DNA from: Phycisphaeraceae bacterium
GTDB taxonomy: Bacteria; Planctomycetota; Phycisphaerae; Phycisphaerales; UBA1924
Direction of reading: 5' to 3'
Length of the DNA: 64,000 nucleotides
NCBI GenBank assembly: GCA_020639195.1
Contig: JACKHB010000004.1
Span: forward strand, 1 to 64,000
Shown here: positions 45,974 to 55,922 of the stretch, piece by piece
How the letters are laid out: each line of letters begins with the position of its first letter
How positions within the stretch are numbered: the stretch's first letter is position 1
Notes under the pieces: generated by a model
What the model saw: only the letters and a program-made list of their open reading frames with translations
Databases searched by the model: none
Told to the model about the DNA's origin: nothing
Made by a program: the position numbers and the translations under genes

Positions 45974-46129
45974 GCCGCCCAGCCCGGCCACCCCTCCAGA
46001 ATCTGGCCGGATCTCGCCCGGACCCGTGAAAGGGCCCGCCACAGTTTCCGAGGAACTACTCTCGGGACCCGTCAGGCGGGCTCGTGTGCGTGCGCAGCCC
46101 CCAAACATACGTCGAATGAAAGGATGGCC

Positions 46130-47875
46130 ATGTCTCGCCGATTCCACAAGACTTCGATCGCCGGCCTCTCGCTCGTCTTCTCCATGCCCGCCCTGGGCCA
46201 GAACGCCGTGGATCGGGTCCCGGACAACGCCGCGGCCGTCGTCGCAGTCCGAAACGTCGCCGAATTCCATCGCGACATCTCGCGTCTTGTGACCGCGCTG
46301 GGCGTGGGAGACGCCGGACCGCTCGAGATGATCGGGCAGTTCCTGTCCCTTCCCGGCATGAACGCGGAAGGCTCGGCCGCGTTCGCGTTCATGCCCGGCC
46401 CCGATGGGCGCCTCGACCTCGAGAACGGCGAGCAGCGGGCCATCGCCATCCTTCCCATCGATGACACCCAGGCCTTCGCCGAGGCCCTCGGGGGCCAGGC
46501 GGATGGTCCGCTCATGTCCCTGAATCTCGACGGGAAGGAATTCTTCGTCAAGAGTGTCGGGGGTGGGTTTGCCGCGTTCACTCCGGACCGCCAGGGGCTG
46601 ACCGCATTCGAAGGCGATGCCGGACACCTCCAGGCGCATGGCCAACGCCTCGGCCAGATCGGCCGCTCCATGGCCGCCGGATCGGACCTTGTCATGTACG
46701 CCAGCGTCGCGGCGTTCCGCGACCAGCTGGAGCAGGGCATGGAGCAGTTCTCCGACGGCGTGAACATGATGGGCCAGATGATGGGCGACCAGGCCCAGGG
46801 CATGACCCAGTTCGCGCAGGTCATCGAAGACCTCGCCAACTCCATGATCCGCGACGGACGCTCGATCATCGTCGGGCTCAACGTCGACGAGTCGGGCGTG
46901 ACGTTCGACCTGGGCGCCCAGTTCAACGAGACATCCGAGATGGGCGCACGCCTGGGCAACGGAGGCAACGCCACGCGCTTGCTCGAGCACGTGCCCGATC
47001 TTCCCTATCTCTTCGCCGTCGGCATGGACATGGAGTCGCCCGCGGTCCGCGGCTTCTTCAAGCAGATGGCCGAGCTCTCGGGCGAGATGGGCCAGCAGGC
47101 CGGCATGATGGGGTTCATGAACATCTCGAAGGTCATCGACAATCTCGACGGCCAGGTCTTCATGATGGGCGACCCTCCCGCCGTAATGATGGGCGGCCTC
47201 TTCGCCAACACCCTCCAGGTTGCGGTCTCGAAGCACCCCGAAGCGCTCTACGCGCAGTCCTGCGCGATGACCCGTGAGATGAACGGCCTCAGCCAGGGCG
47301 GCATCACCTTCGGCACTTCCTTCACCGAGGGCGTCTCCACGATCGAGAACACCCGCATCGATTCCTGGAGCATGCGGATGACCCCCGACCCCGAGAACCC
47401 GCAGGGACAGCAGATCGCGATGGCCATGGGCATGATCTTCGGCCCCAACATGGGCCCCGGCGGCTACTACGCCGTGACCGACGACACCGTCATCACCACC
47501 TTCAGCCCCAACAGCGAACTCATGGGCCGCGCCCTCAGGGCCGAGCGCGGCGCCTCCACGCTCGCCACCAACGCGATTGTCAAACGCGCCGTCGCCCGCG
47601 TCCCGGAGGGCGCCAGCATGTTCGCCCTCGTCGGCGCCGGCAACATCGCACGTCAGGCTTCCAACGTCATGGCCATGATGGGCGCCGGATTCGACTTCGA
47701 CATCCCGGCCGATCTTGAGCCGGTCGCCCTCTCCATGTCCACCCGCGGCGGCGGCGCCCAGTTCCGCCTCTTCGTGCCCGAGGGCGTCATGAAGATGGTC
47801 AAGACGGTCGTCGAACAACAGATGGGCGGCATGGACTTTGACGAAGGCCCCCGCGAGGGCAACCCCCGCTTCTGA
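46130..47875 (+). CDS. exported Met-rich hypothetical protein
   Basis: Signal peptide MSRRFHKTSIAGLSLVFSMPALGQ. Many Met clusters (MMGQMMGDQAQGM, MGQQAGMMGFM, AVMMGGLF, IAMAMGMIFGPNMGPG, NVMAMMGAG). AAAGGA RBS region before the ATG at 46130. Confidence 0.55.
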   Translation: MSRRFHKTSIAGLSLVFSMPALGQNAVDRVPDNAAAVVAVRNVAEFHRDISRLVTALGVGDAGPLEMIGQFLSLPGMNAEGSAAFAFMPGPDGRLDLENGEQRAIAILPIDDTQAFAEALGGQADGPLMSLNLDGKEFFVKSVGGGFAAFTPDRQGLTAFEGDAGHLQAHGQRLGQIGRSMAAGSDLVMYASVAAFRDQLEQGMEQFSDGVNMMGQMMGDQAQGMTQFAQVIEDLANSMIRDGRSIIVGLNVDESGVTFDLGAQFNETSEMGARLGNGGNATRLLEHVPDLPYLFAVGMDMESPAVRGFFKQMAELSGEMGQQAGMMGFMNISKVIDNLDGQVFMMGDPPAVMMGGLFANTLQVAVSKHPEALYAQSCAMTREMNGLSQGGITFGTSFTEGVSTIENTRIDSWSMRMTPDPENPQGQQIAMAMGMIFGPNMGPGGYYAVTDDTVITTFSPNSELMGRALRAERGASTLATNAIVKRAVARVPEGASMFALVGAGNIARQASNVMAMMGAGFDFDIPADLEPVALSMSTRGGGAQFRLFVPEGVMKMVKTVVEQQMGGMDFDEGPREGNPRF

Positions 47876-47963
47876 GCCCATTCCTTTGGCGCACGCGCGG
47901 GCCGGCCCTCACGCACGGGCCGGCCCGTTCTCGTGCGCTCCACGTTGACCATACCGTCCGGCC

Positions 47964-48887
47964 ATGCACCGCGACCCAGTCTCGCGCTGGCAACTCGCCA
48001 ACGATCGCGCCCTCGACATCACGTCGGGCGTCGTCGTGGCGATCCTGAACGCGACGCCCGACAGCTTCCACGCCCATTCTCGAACCCCGTCGCCGCCCGA
48101 GGCCCTCGCCCGCGCCCGCCTCGCCCTCGAGCAAGGCGCCCACATGCTCGACATCGGCGGCGAGTCCACGCGTCCTGGCGCCGCATCCATCCCCGCCGAT
48201 GTGCAGATCGCGCGCGTCGTTCCCGTCATCGAGGCGATCCGGCGCGACCCCGGCCCACTCTCCCATTCGCCGATCAGCGTGGACACCTCCCTCGCCCCGG
48301 TGGCGAGGGCCGCGCTCGATGCCGGCGCCGACGCCATCAACGACGTCAGCGCCGGGCGCGACGACCCCGACATGCTGCCGCTTGTCGCCGACCGCGGTGC
48401 CGGCATCGTGCTCATGCACCGCCTCACGCGACCGGCCCACGACCAGTACTCGCACCAGTACCGTTCGCCTCCCAGCTACGGCGACGTCGTCGCCGATGTG
48501 CGCGAATTCCTGCGAGCCCGCGCCGCCGCCGCAACCGATGCGGGCATTTCCCCTGACCGCATCGTCCTCGATCCGGGGCTGGGCTTTGGCAAGTCCGTGG
48601 AACAGAACCTCGAGCTCGTGCGTTCAACCCCGGTGCTGCTGGAACTGGGCTTCCCGATCATGAGCGCCGCCAGTCGTAAGAGCTTTCTCGGCGTGATCGG
48701 CCACGGTCCGGGCCACGCCATCGGCCCGGCGCAGCGGCTCCCGGCGAGCGTGGCCCTCTCGGTCATGCACTGGACGCTGGGCGCCCGGCTCTTCCGCGTG
48801 CACGACGTGGCCGAGCACGCCCAGGCGCTCAGCGCGGTGCGCGCCATTCACGGGGACCCACCTCCCGAATCGCGCCGTCCGGTCTAG
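47964..48887 (+). CDS. folP: dihydropteroate synthase
   Basis: AILNATPDSF motif, DIGGESTRPG and Pterin-binding TIM-barrel pattern. Confidence 0.85.
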   Translation: MHRDPVSRWQLANDRALDITSGVVVAILNATPDSFHAHSRTPSPPEALARARLALEQGAHMLDIGGESTRPGAASIPADVQIARVVPVIEAIRRDPGPLSHSPISVDTSLAPVARAALDAGADAINDVSAGRDDPDMLPLVADRGAGIVLMHRLTRPAHDQYSHQYRSPPSYGDVVADVREFLRARAAAATDAGISPDRIVLDPGLGFGKSVEQNLELVRSTPVLLELGFPIMSAASRKSFLGVIGHGPGHAIGPAQRLPASVALSVMHWTLGARLFRVHDVAEHAQALSAVRAIHGDPPPESRRPV

Positions 48888-48948
48888 CATTCAACCGGCG
48901 TCGCCCGACCGGCGATGCCACGGATCCCAAACGGAGGCAAGAATCGTC

Positions 48949-49284
48949 ATGGCCAACCCGAACGTGATGGAGTTCACCGACGCGAATTTCGACAAGGAAG
49001 TGCTCCAGTCGGACGTTCCGGTCTTGGTCGACTTCTGGGCCGAGTGGTGCATGCCCTGCAAGATGCTCATCCCAACCATCGACGCCCTTGCGCAGGACTA
49101 CGCCGGCAAGGTCAAGGTCGGGAAGGTAGACACCGACTCCAGCCGCGAGGTCTCTTTCAAGTACCAGATTCAGGCCATCCCCACCGTGCTGCTCTTCAAG
49201 GGCGGCCAGGTGGTCAACAAGTTCGTCGGCCTGACCGACAAGGGCAAGCTCGCCGCGGCGTTGGACGAGGCAGCGGCCGCCTGA
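48949..49284 (+). CDS. trxA: thioredoxin with a non-canonical WCMPC active site
   Basis: Thioredoxin fold pattern (VLVDFWAEWCMPCKM...AIPTVLLFKGG). The active-site tetrad is CMPC, not CGPC. Confidence 0.8.
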   Translation: MANPNVMEFTDANFDKEVLQSDVPVLVDFWAEWCMPCKMLIPTIDALAQDYAGKVKVGKVDTDSSREVSFKYQIQAIPTVLLFKGGQVVNKFVGLTDKGKLAAALDEAAAA

Positions 49285-49295
49285 GGCCCGCCACA

Positions 49296-50345
49296 ATGGC
49301 CGATTCTCCCCAGAACGGGTCGGAGAAGCCGCTGCGCTGCGGCGCGGTCGGCGTGGGGCGCATGGGCCAGCACCACGCCCGCGTCTATGCGACGCACGCC
49401 TCCTGCCGCCTGGTCGGCGTGGTCGACGCCAACCCCGACCGAGCCCGGGAGATCGCCCAGCGTCACGACTCGGCAAGCTTCACCAGCGAGGAGGACCTGA
49501 TCGCCGCCGGCCTCGACGCCGTCAGCATCGCCGTGCCGACGACGATTCATCGCAAGGTCGCCGAACCGTTCCTCAAGGCCGGGGTCTCCTGCCTGATCGA
49601 GAAGCCCCTGGCCTCGGACGCGAAGGAAGCCGCGGAGCTCAAGGCCCTCGCCGAAGCGCACGGCGCGGTGCTGATGGTGGGCCATATCGAACGGTTCAAC
49701 CCCGTGATGCGCGCCATGCAGCGCGCTACCGCCGCGGGCCAGCCCGTCAACCCGAGGTTCATCGAGGTCCACCGCGTCAGCCCGATGACATTCCGGTCGG
49801 TCGACATCGGCGTGGTCATGGACATGATGATCCACGACCTCGACGTGGTGCTCTGGCTGATGGGCGGGCGCGAGCCCGACGAGATCCAGGCCTCGGGCGT
49901 CGCCGTGGTCACGCCGTTCGAGGACATCTGCAACGCACGACTGCTGTGGAACCTCCCGCAGGGCAAGTGCGTCGCCAACATCACCGCCAGCCGTCTCGCC
50001 CTCAAGACCGAGCGCGTCACGCGCATCACCGGCGAGAACGCCTACATCAAGATCGACTACGCCGCCAAGACCGGCACCATCATCCGGCGCGTCGCCAACG
50101 AGATCCAGATGCGCGAGGTCACCGAGCAACTCCGCCGCGGCGTTGATCTCACCGACCTCAAGTGGCAGGATCTGGTCAACATCGAACCGCTGACCATCGA
50201 CGGCGCCGAGCCGATCGTCGCCGAGATCGAGGCGTTTCTCCACGCCGTCCGCACCGGCACCAGCCCCCCCATCAACGCCGAGGCCGGCCTGGTCAACCTC
50301 CGCACCGCCGAGCGCATCGTCGACGCCGTCCGACGCTTCATGTAG
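49296..50345 (+). CDS. Gfo/Idh/MocA family NAD(P)-dependent oxidoreductase
   Basis: N-terminal Rossmann motif CGAVGVGRMGQHHARVY and EKP motif (CLIEKPLA). The track merges it with upstream sequence in the same frame; ATG at 49296. Confidence 0.75.
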   Translation: MADSPQNGSEKPLRCGAVGVGRMGQHHARVYATHASCRLVGVVDANPDRAREIAQRHDSASFTSEEDLIAAGLDAVSIAVPTTIHRKVAEPFLKAGVSCLIEKPLASDAKEAAELKALAEAHGAVLMVGHIERFNPVMRAMQRATAAGQPVNPRFIEVHRVSPMTFRSVDIGVVMDMMIHDLDVVLWLMGGREPDEIQASGVAVVTPFEDICNARLLWNLPQGKCVANITASRLALKTERVTRITGENAYIKIDYAAKTGTIIRRVANEIQMREVTEQLRRGVDLTDLKWQDLVNIEPLTIDGAEPIVAEIEAFLHAVRTGTSPPINAEAGLVNLRTAERIVDAVRRFM

Positions 50346-50405
50346 GGGGCGCAACCGACTGGCATTGACTCCAAGGAGAGGTACACTGACGCTTCCGACG
50401 CCGCA

Positions 50406-51908
50406 GTGGGCGGGGCGCCGGGGTGGGATCGGACGTCGCCCGCGGTGGGTTCAACGGCCATGTGCTTCAGCCAAGAGCAGTCCCCGGTGAGTGACATCCA
50501 CGACGCGCGCAGCGCCACCCAGATCACTCCCGAGATGTCCGCCGAGATCGATCGCGCCCTGGCCGACGCAACCGCGCCGACCGCGCCCGGCCCGGCCCGC
50601 CCGGCCATCCGCGGCCCGCGCGTCGTCCAGGGCGGGCGCGAGCACCGCACCGGCACCATCGTCAGCGTCAACGCCGACAGCGGCGACGTCTTCCTCGAGT
50701 TCGGGCCCAAGGAACTCGGCCTGGTCGAGGGCACGCAGTTCAAGGCCTCGGGTGCGCCCCCCAAGAAGGGCGACACGCTCGAGGTCGTGGTCCAGCGCTA
50801 CGAGCCCACCGAGTCCCTCTTCATCTGCGTCCTGCCCGGCGCGGTCCAGAAAGCCGATTGGGAACTCCTCGAGCCCGGCCAGACCATCGAGGCTCGCGTC
50901 ACCGGCGTCGTAAAGGGCGGCATCGAACTCGAAGTCGCCGGCCACCGCGCCTTCATGCCCGCCAGCCACGTCAGCCTCGACCGCATCGAGGACCTCTCCG
51001 CCCTCGTCGGTGAGAAGCTCACCTGCCAGGTCGACAAGGTGGACCGTCGCGGGAAGGGCAACATCGTCCTCTCACGCCGAAACCTGCTCAAGGAAGAGCG
51101 CGAGGCCCGCGCCGCAAAGCTCCGCGACACCCTCAGCATCGGACAGACGCTCGAGGGCACCGTCCGCAAGATCATGCCCTTTGGCGTCTTTGTCGATCTC
51201 GGCGGCATGGATGGGCTCGTCCACGTCTCGGACCTCACCCACCGGCGAGTCCCCGCCAGCGAGAAGGCCATCGGCCAGATCGTCTCCGAGGGTCAGCGCG
51301 TCACCGTGCAGATCCTCAAACTCGACCTCGACGCCAACCGCATCTCCCTGGGCATGAAGCAACTCGAGGAGGACCCCTTCTCCGCGGCGTCCGACCAGGT
51401 CGTCGAAGGGGCGGAACTCACCGGGCGCGTCAAAAACATCACCGAGTTCGGCGTGTTCGTTGAGGTCGCCGCGGGCGTCGAGGGCCTCGTCCACATCTCC
51501 GAACTCGACTGGAAGCGCGTCGGCCATCCCGCCGACGTCGTCAAGCCCGACGAGGTGCTGCAGGTCAAGGTCCTCAAGGTGGACCCGGACTCCAAGAAGA
51601 TCTCCCTGAGCGTCAAGGCCCTCAAGGAGGCCCCGGCGCGCGAGCCGCGACCGGGCGCGCCCGATGGCAAGGGCGGCACACCCGGCGGCAGGCCCGGTGG
51701 ACCCGGCGGCGGCCGGGGCGGCTTTGGCGGTGGTGGCCGCGGCAAACGCGACCGCTTCGAGCGCGACACCCGCACGCCCGAGGAAATCAAGAAGGAAACC
51801 CCCGAGTTCCGCCGCCTCAAGGAGCAGGCCAAGCAGAAGAACAAGGGCGGCGGCCTCGGCGATTTGGGCGGCGCCCTCGGCGAGGGGCTGGGGAGCCTGA
51901 AGCTCTGA
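50406..51908 (+). CDS. rpsA: S1 RNA-binding domain protein (ribosomal protein S1-like, about 4 S1 repeats) with Gly/Arg-rich C-terminal tail
   Basis: Repeated S1 modules (GTVRKIMPFGVFVDLGGMDGLVHVSDL, GRVKNITEFGVFVEVAAGVEGLVHISEL). Tail GGRPGGPGGGRGGFGGGGRGKRDRF. Start is GTG at 50406 or ATG at 50460. A strong AAGGAGAGG sits at 50377 but lies 20 nt from 50406. Confidence 0.6.
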   Translation: MGGAPGWDRTSPAVGSTAMCFSQEQSPVSDIHDARSATQITPEMSAEIDRALADATAPTAPGPARPAIRGPRVVQGGREHRTGTIVSVNADSGDVFLEFGPKELGLVEGTQFKASGAPPKKGDTLEVVVQRYEPTESLFICVLPGAVQKADWELLEPGQTIEARVTGVVKGGIELEVAGHRAFMPASHVSLDRIEDLSALVGEKLTCQVDKVDRRGKGNIVLSRRNLLKEEREARAAKLRDTLSIGQTLEGTVRKIMPFGVFVDLGGMDGLVHVSDLTHRRVPASEKAIGQIVSEGQRVTVQILKLDLDANRISLGMKQLEEDPFSAASDQVVEGAELTGRVKNITEFGVFVEVAAGVEGLVHISELDWKRVGHPADVVKPDEVLQVKVLKVDPDSKKISLSVKALKEAPAREPRPGAPDGKGGTPGGRPGGPGGGRGGFGGGGRGKRDRFERDTRTPEEIKKETPEFRRLKEQAKQKNKGGGLGDLGGALGEGLGSLKL

Positions 51909-51950
51909 CGATCGACTCGCGGCGATCCCGACAGACTGGACGCGATTCAG

Positions 51951-51988
51951 AACAAAACGCCCGGGCTCGGCAGCGCCGAACCCGGGCG
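51951..51988 (-). terminator. rho-independent terminator for the minus-strand PEP-CTERM gene (possibly bidirectional)
   Basis: Stem CGCCCGGG/CCCGGGCG with an A-run on the plus side, giving a U-tract on the minus strand. Confidence 0.5.
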
Positions 51989-52019
51989 TGAGTGAACGAA
52001 GAGGATCGGGTCGCCGCCT

Positions 52020-52685
52020 TTAACCCCGGCGACGGCGCAGCCCCAACAGACCCGCCGCGCACAGCAGCCCCGCGCTTCCGGGCGCGGGAACCAGTTGCAC
52101 GATGCTCGCCGCCGACAGCGAGTCGCCGCCAGAGGCGCCGGCAAAGTCCAGCGACGCGAACGCCGCGGGAGAGATGCCAAACGCGTTGCCGTAGTCCTGC
52201 ACGATGAACTGCCACGTCTCGCCGGGCTCAAAGATCCCGTCGGGCGTCATGCTCTCGAAGACCAGCGGCTTGTTTCCACCGAGGAAATCGATCCGCATCG
52301 CCGGCGTCGTGACGCCCGGCGCCAGCACGCTGAAGGCGTCGCCGTCGATGTTCGAGAACGTCGTCTCCGGGTCCGCCACGTAGAACAGGTCCGTCCAGTG
52401 CTTGGTCGTGAGGTTCAGCATCGTCACCAGCGCGTTGGGAACCGTCGGGTCGTCGGTCATCGGGCACGCGATGAGCTGCGTCGGCTGCGCGAAGGAGTCG
52501 ATCGCCTCATCGGGCGGGAAGATCCCCAGCAGACCGAGTTCCTCGCGCGCCACCAGGGGCCCGTGGTTGTCGCACAGCGGTCCGTCGAAGTAGCCGCCGT
52601 CCACCGGATTCGCCATCGCGCCGCCGCCAAGCGCCAACGTCGCCACCGCTGCGAAACGGGCGTACCGAGTCTGTCGATTCATCAT
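52020..52685 (-). CDS. PEP-CTERM sorting-domain secreted protein
   Basis: Signal peptide MMNRQTRYARFAAVATLALGGGAMA. C-terminal VPAPGSAGLLCAAGLLGLRRRRG (PEP motif, TM helix, Arg cluster). AAGGAG precedes the ATGATG start. Confidence 0.7.
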   Translation of the reverse strand: MMNRQTRYARFAAVATLALGGGAMANPVDGGYFDGPLCDNHGPLVAREELGLLGIFPPDEAIDSFAQPTQLIACPMTDDPTVPNALVTMLNLTTKHWTDLFYVADPETTFSNIDGDAFSVLAPGVTTPAMRIDFLGGNKPLVFESMTPDGIFEPGETWQFIVQDYGNAFGISPAAFASLDFAGASGGDSLSAASIVQLVPAPGSAGLLCAAGLLGLRRRRG

Positions 52686-52839
52686 GTGCTCCTTGCCCAG
52701 GTGTGAGAGTCGAGTGCGTGAAACAGAGAGTGTGGGCCCGGATGACAAGCGATCCGCCCGCCGCGCCCTCACGTCCGATCCCTATGAACCCGTACTTTTT
52801 TCCGTGCCACTCGCCCGGCTCTTCCACTAGACTCTTCCC

Positions 52840-53373
52840 GTGGCCCGATGCGCTGTGACCATCGCCTCCGCCCTCTTGCTCGCCGTCGGCGTGCACCTCG
52901 CGCTCCGCGCGGCGGCTCCGACGAGCCCGATCGAGATCCGCGATGCGCAGAACGACTCCGCTCGGGCCCAACGGATCGGGTCTCCGGACCCTGCGCCCCA
53001 ATTCGGCGCGCTCAACCGCGGCGTCGTGTTGGTCTCACGTCCCGTGCCCGCTCGCCTGCCCGCGGCGGACCACGATGAGCAGTGGCGGCGATTCCAGCCG
53101 ATCTCCGACCTGCTTCCCCATTTCCCCCCGGAGGACATCTACAAGCTGCGCTACTACTGCCTCGCGGACTTCGACAAGAACGACGAGATCAACGCCGATG
53201 ACCTGCTGATGTTCCTGGATGCCTTCGCCGATCCATCGCACCCGCTCTCGGACTGGACCGACATCAACGCCGACGGCATGATCGATCAGCAGGACCTGAT
53301 CGAGTTCATCCGCGCGTTCGAATCGCCGTGCGACCCGTCAGAACGCCGCCAGGCCCGCTCCGAGATCTGCTGA
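52840..53373 (+). CDS. secreted protein with two dockerin/EF-hand-like calcium-binding repeats
   Basis: Signal-like N-terminus. Repeats DFDKNDEINADDLLMFLDAF and DINADGMIDQQDLIEFIRAF. GTG start. Confidence 0.5.
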   Translation: MARCAVTIASALLLAVGVHLALRAAAPTSPIEIRDAQNDSARAQRIGSPDPAPQFGALNRGVVLVSRPVPARLPAADHDEQWRRFQPISDLLPHFPPEDIYKLRYYCLADFDKNDEINADDLLMFLDAFADPSHPLSDWTDINADGMIDQQDLIEFIRAFESPCDPSERRQARSEIC

Positions 53374-53374
53374 C

Positions 53375-53821
53375 CTACCGCCCCGTCGAGCCAAATCCCC
53401 CCGCGCCGCGCGCCGTCGCCGTCAACTCCCCCACTTCTTCGATCTCCACCCGCGTCACCGGCGCGATGACAAGCTGCGCGATCCGCTCCCCAGCCTCGAT
53501 CGTGTACGGCTCCGGCCCCAGATTCACCAGTCCCACCCGCACCTCGCCGCGGTAGTCGCTGTCGATCGTGCCCGGCGCGTTGACCACCGTCACACCTTGC
53601 CGGATCGCCAGCCCGGATCGTGGCCGAATCTGACCCTCGTACCCCTCGGGGATCTCCACCGCCAGCCCCGTCGGCACCAGACGGACCGCCCCGCGCGGGA
53701 TGGTCATCGCCTCCGGAAGTGCGGCGCTCAGATCGAGCCCCGCCGCCCCGTCGCTCTGGTATCGCGGCAGTGAAGCCCCGGGTGACAGTCTGTGGATTCG
53801 AAGAGTCGGGTTATCGGGCAT
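53375..53821 (-). CDS. dut: dUTP diphosphatase
   Basis: Conserved dUTPase motifs ([29 protein letters not shown]). Confidence 0.85.
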   Translation of the reverse strand: MPDNPTLRIHRLSPGASLPRYQSDGAAGLDLSAALPEAMTIPRGAVRLVPTGLAVEIPEGYEGQIRPRSGLAIRQGVTVVNAPGTIDSDYRGEVRVGLVNLGPEPYTIEAGERIAQLVIAPVTRVEIEEVGELTATARGAGGFGSTGR

Positions 53822-53874
53822 GGTCGGCGAGGGTACCGCCTCGGGCCCTCCGCGCCCACTCCGAGCCGCCGAAA

Positions 53875-54174
53875 TCAGTCTCGCTCGTCCAGCACGTCGT
53901 CCAGAAGCGCCAGATCCTCTTCCGAGAGGTCGCGCTTGGCCTGATCGATGGCTCGATTCAGGGCCTCGACCATGCGCTGCGTGGACGCGATGGCGTTATC
54001 CATCGAACTCCGCCCGGTCACGGTCTTCATCGCGTCGATCTGGCGAGAATCTCTCAGGTGTTTCTCGGACCTTGCCTTCGCGTCGAGGAGCCCCCGGAGC
54101 AGGGTCTGCGCCTTGTCGCGCGCGATCGTCGTATCGATCAGGATCCGCTGCCGCTCGGTCATCGTGACTTGCAT
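53875..54174 (-). CDS. hypothetical small helical protein (99 aa)
   Basis: GGAG RBS 6 nt before the ATG at 54174. An AT-rich promoter-like segment lies upstream (54270-54300). Confidence 0.4.
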   Translation of the reverse strand: MQVTMTERQRILIDTTIARDKAQTLLRGLLDAKARSEKHLRDSRQIDAMKTVTGRSSMDNAIASTQRMVEALNRAIDQAKRDLSEEDLALLDDVLDERD

Positions 54175-54305
54175 ATCGACTCCGTAGGCTTGTTGGGAAA
54201 GCGCCGCCCTGGCGCAGTGCGGGAGCCGGGAATTGTGAAGGTATCATTGTCTCCGGGTTGGCCGCCGCGTCAACTCGTTGCCGCCACGCCCGATAATAAT
54301 CCGAA

Positions 54306-55826
54306 CTAACTGGCCTTGGCAAGGGGAACCCTGGCCCCACCCATCTCGGGGACCAGCCGCCTGATTGTCTCCAGGATCGCGCCGTGGCTGCCGGTCGCGA
54401 TCGCCGCGTTGAGCTGCCCGACCAGGGCTTCCGGATCGACGACGCGTTCTGCATCCTCTGCCCAAGCCATGATGCCCGGATGGGGTGTCGGGAGCAGGCT
54501 CTCGGCGTCGTAGGCCAGCTGCTCATGGAGCTTTTCACCGGGACGGATGCCGGAGAACACGATCTCGATGACCGGGTGAGAGGGCGCGGCCGTCTCGATC
54601 CTGCCGCTCTGGCCGGGCTCGGCGATCCACGGGAGCAGGCCATGAGCGCGAACGAACCGTTCCGCTAGGTCCAGGACCCGGATGGGCTGGCCCATGTCCA
54701 GCACGTAGACGGGGGCGGAATTGGTCGCCGGATCGAACGCCGCGGCCTGGATGACCAAAGAGGCGGCCTCGGGGATGGTCATGAAGTAGCGGGTCATTCG
54801 CCGGTCGGTCACCGTGAGCGGCCCGCCCTCACCCAGCTGGGCCGACCAGATCGGGATGACGCTCCCGGCCGAACCCAGCACGTTTCCGAATCGCACCATG
54901 CTCAGGTGGGTCTGAGCGGCTCGGCCCCGACGGTCTCGCTGGCGCAGGCCCTGCACGTATAGCTCGGCGAGGCGCTTGGTGGCGCCCATGACGGACGTGG
55001 GGTTCACCGCCTTGTCGCTTGAAATCAGAACGAACCGTTCTGCGCCGCCCAGGATCGCGGCGTCCGCAATTGATCGCGTGCCCAGGACGTTGTTGCGGAC
55101 CGCGTCGGCTGGGTGCTCTTCCATGAGCGGAACGTGCTTGTGGGCCGCGGCGTGGAAGATGACGTCGGGGCGGAGTTCGAGCACACGACGGCGGGTGGCG
55201 CCGGCGTCGGTGACGTCGTGGAGAAGGGCCCGCCGGGCGACGTGGGGGAAGCGTCTTTGCAGCTGGCGGTCGATCTCGAAGAGTGCGTTCTCGGATCGCT
55301 CCATCAGCACGATGAGCGCGGGGTCGAAGCTCGCGGCGACGCGCGCCAGTTCGCTGCCAATCGATCCCCCGGCGCCCGTGATCAGAACCCGACGCCCAGA
55401 CAGCACGCGCCGGACCGTGTCTCGATCGATGGCGTGGGGGTCCCGGTCAATGAGTGTCGCAAGGTCCACTGGGCGAGTGGCCGAGAGCGCCGCGGCGGGA
55501 GTCTCCTCTTCGAGCAGGTCCTCGACCGTCGGAAGTCGCCGGACCTGGATCCCGAAGCGGCGGAGCGCGCACTCGGCCTCGATGCCGGCGGGGCGCATGG
55601 ACTCGGGAAGGCAGAGGAACGCATGGGTCGGATGGTGCTGCTCAACGATGGCGCCGAGTTCGAAGAGAACTCCCAATGCTCTAATTCCAACCGGCGAACC
55701 CGGTGCGATCAGGATCGCTCCGAGCACCTGGGGTGCATCGGGGGTTGCCCGGGCGTATGCCGCGGCACCGGGAATCGACCGGGCGGTTCCAACGAGGACC
55801 AGTCGGGGAGGATCACGATCGGTCAT
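54306..55826 (-). CDS. polysaccharide biosynthesis protein, CapD/PglF/WbpM-like NDP-sugar 4,6-dehydratase/epimerase (soluble form with extra N-terminal domain)
   Basis: Rossmann motif VLITGAGGSIGSEL and SDR catalytic region (ISSDKAVNPTSVMGATK). Confidence 0.7.
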   Translation of the reverse strand: MTDRDPPRLVLVGTARSIPGAAAYARATPDAPQVLGAILIAPGSPVGIRALGVLFELGAIVEQHHPTHAFLCLPESMRPAGIEAECALRRFGIQVRRLPTVEDLLEEETPAAALSATRPVDLATLIDRDPHAIDRDTVRRVLSGRRVLITGAGGSIGSELARVAASFDPALIVLMERSENALFEIDRQLQRRFPHVARRALLHDVTDAGATRRRVLELRPDVIFHAAAHKHVPLMEEHPADAVRNNVLGTRSIADAAILGGAERFVLISSDKAVNPTSVMGATKRLAELYVQGLRQRDRRGRAAQTHLSMVRFGNVLGSAGSVIPIWSAQLGEGGPLTVTDRRMTRYFMTIPEAASLVIQAAAFDPATNSAPVYVLDMGQPIRVLDLAERFVRAHGLLPWIAEPGQSGRIETAAPSHPVIEIVFSGIRPGEKLHEQLAYDAESLLPTPHPGIMAWAEDAERVVDPEALVGQLNAAIATGSHGAILETIRRLVPEMGGARVPLAKAS

Positions 55827-55922
55827 GGCCGGGCTCCCTGGGTGCAGTGGCTATCGGCCGCGCGGGGGCGGCCGGACCAGCCCGGTTCGCGAAGGGGTCG
55901 GAGTCGCCGTATCTTCCGGGGC

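Noticed and set aside
48915-50345. Single 476-aa ORF spanning the trxA region and the Gfo/Idh/MocA gene
   Set aside because: The upstream portion is the wrong frame across trxA. The oxidoreductase starts at the ATG at 49296 after the trxA stop.
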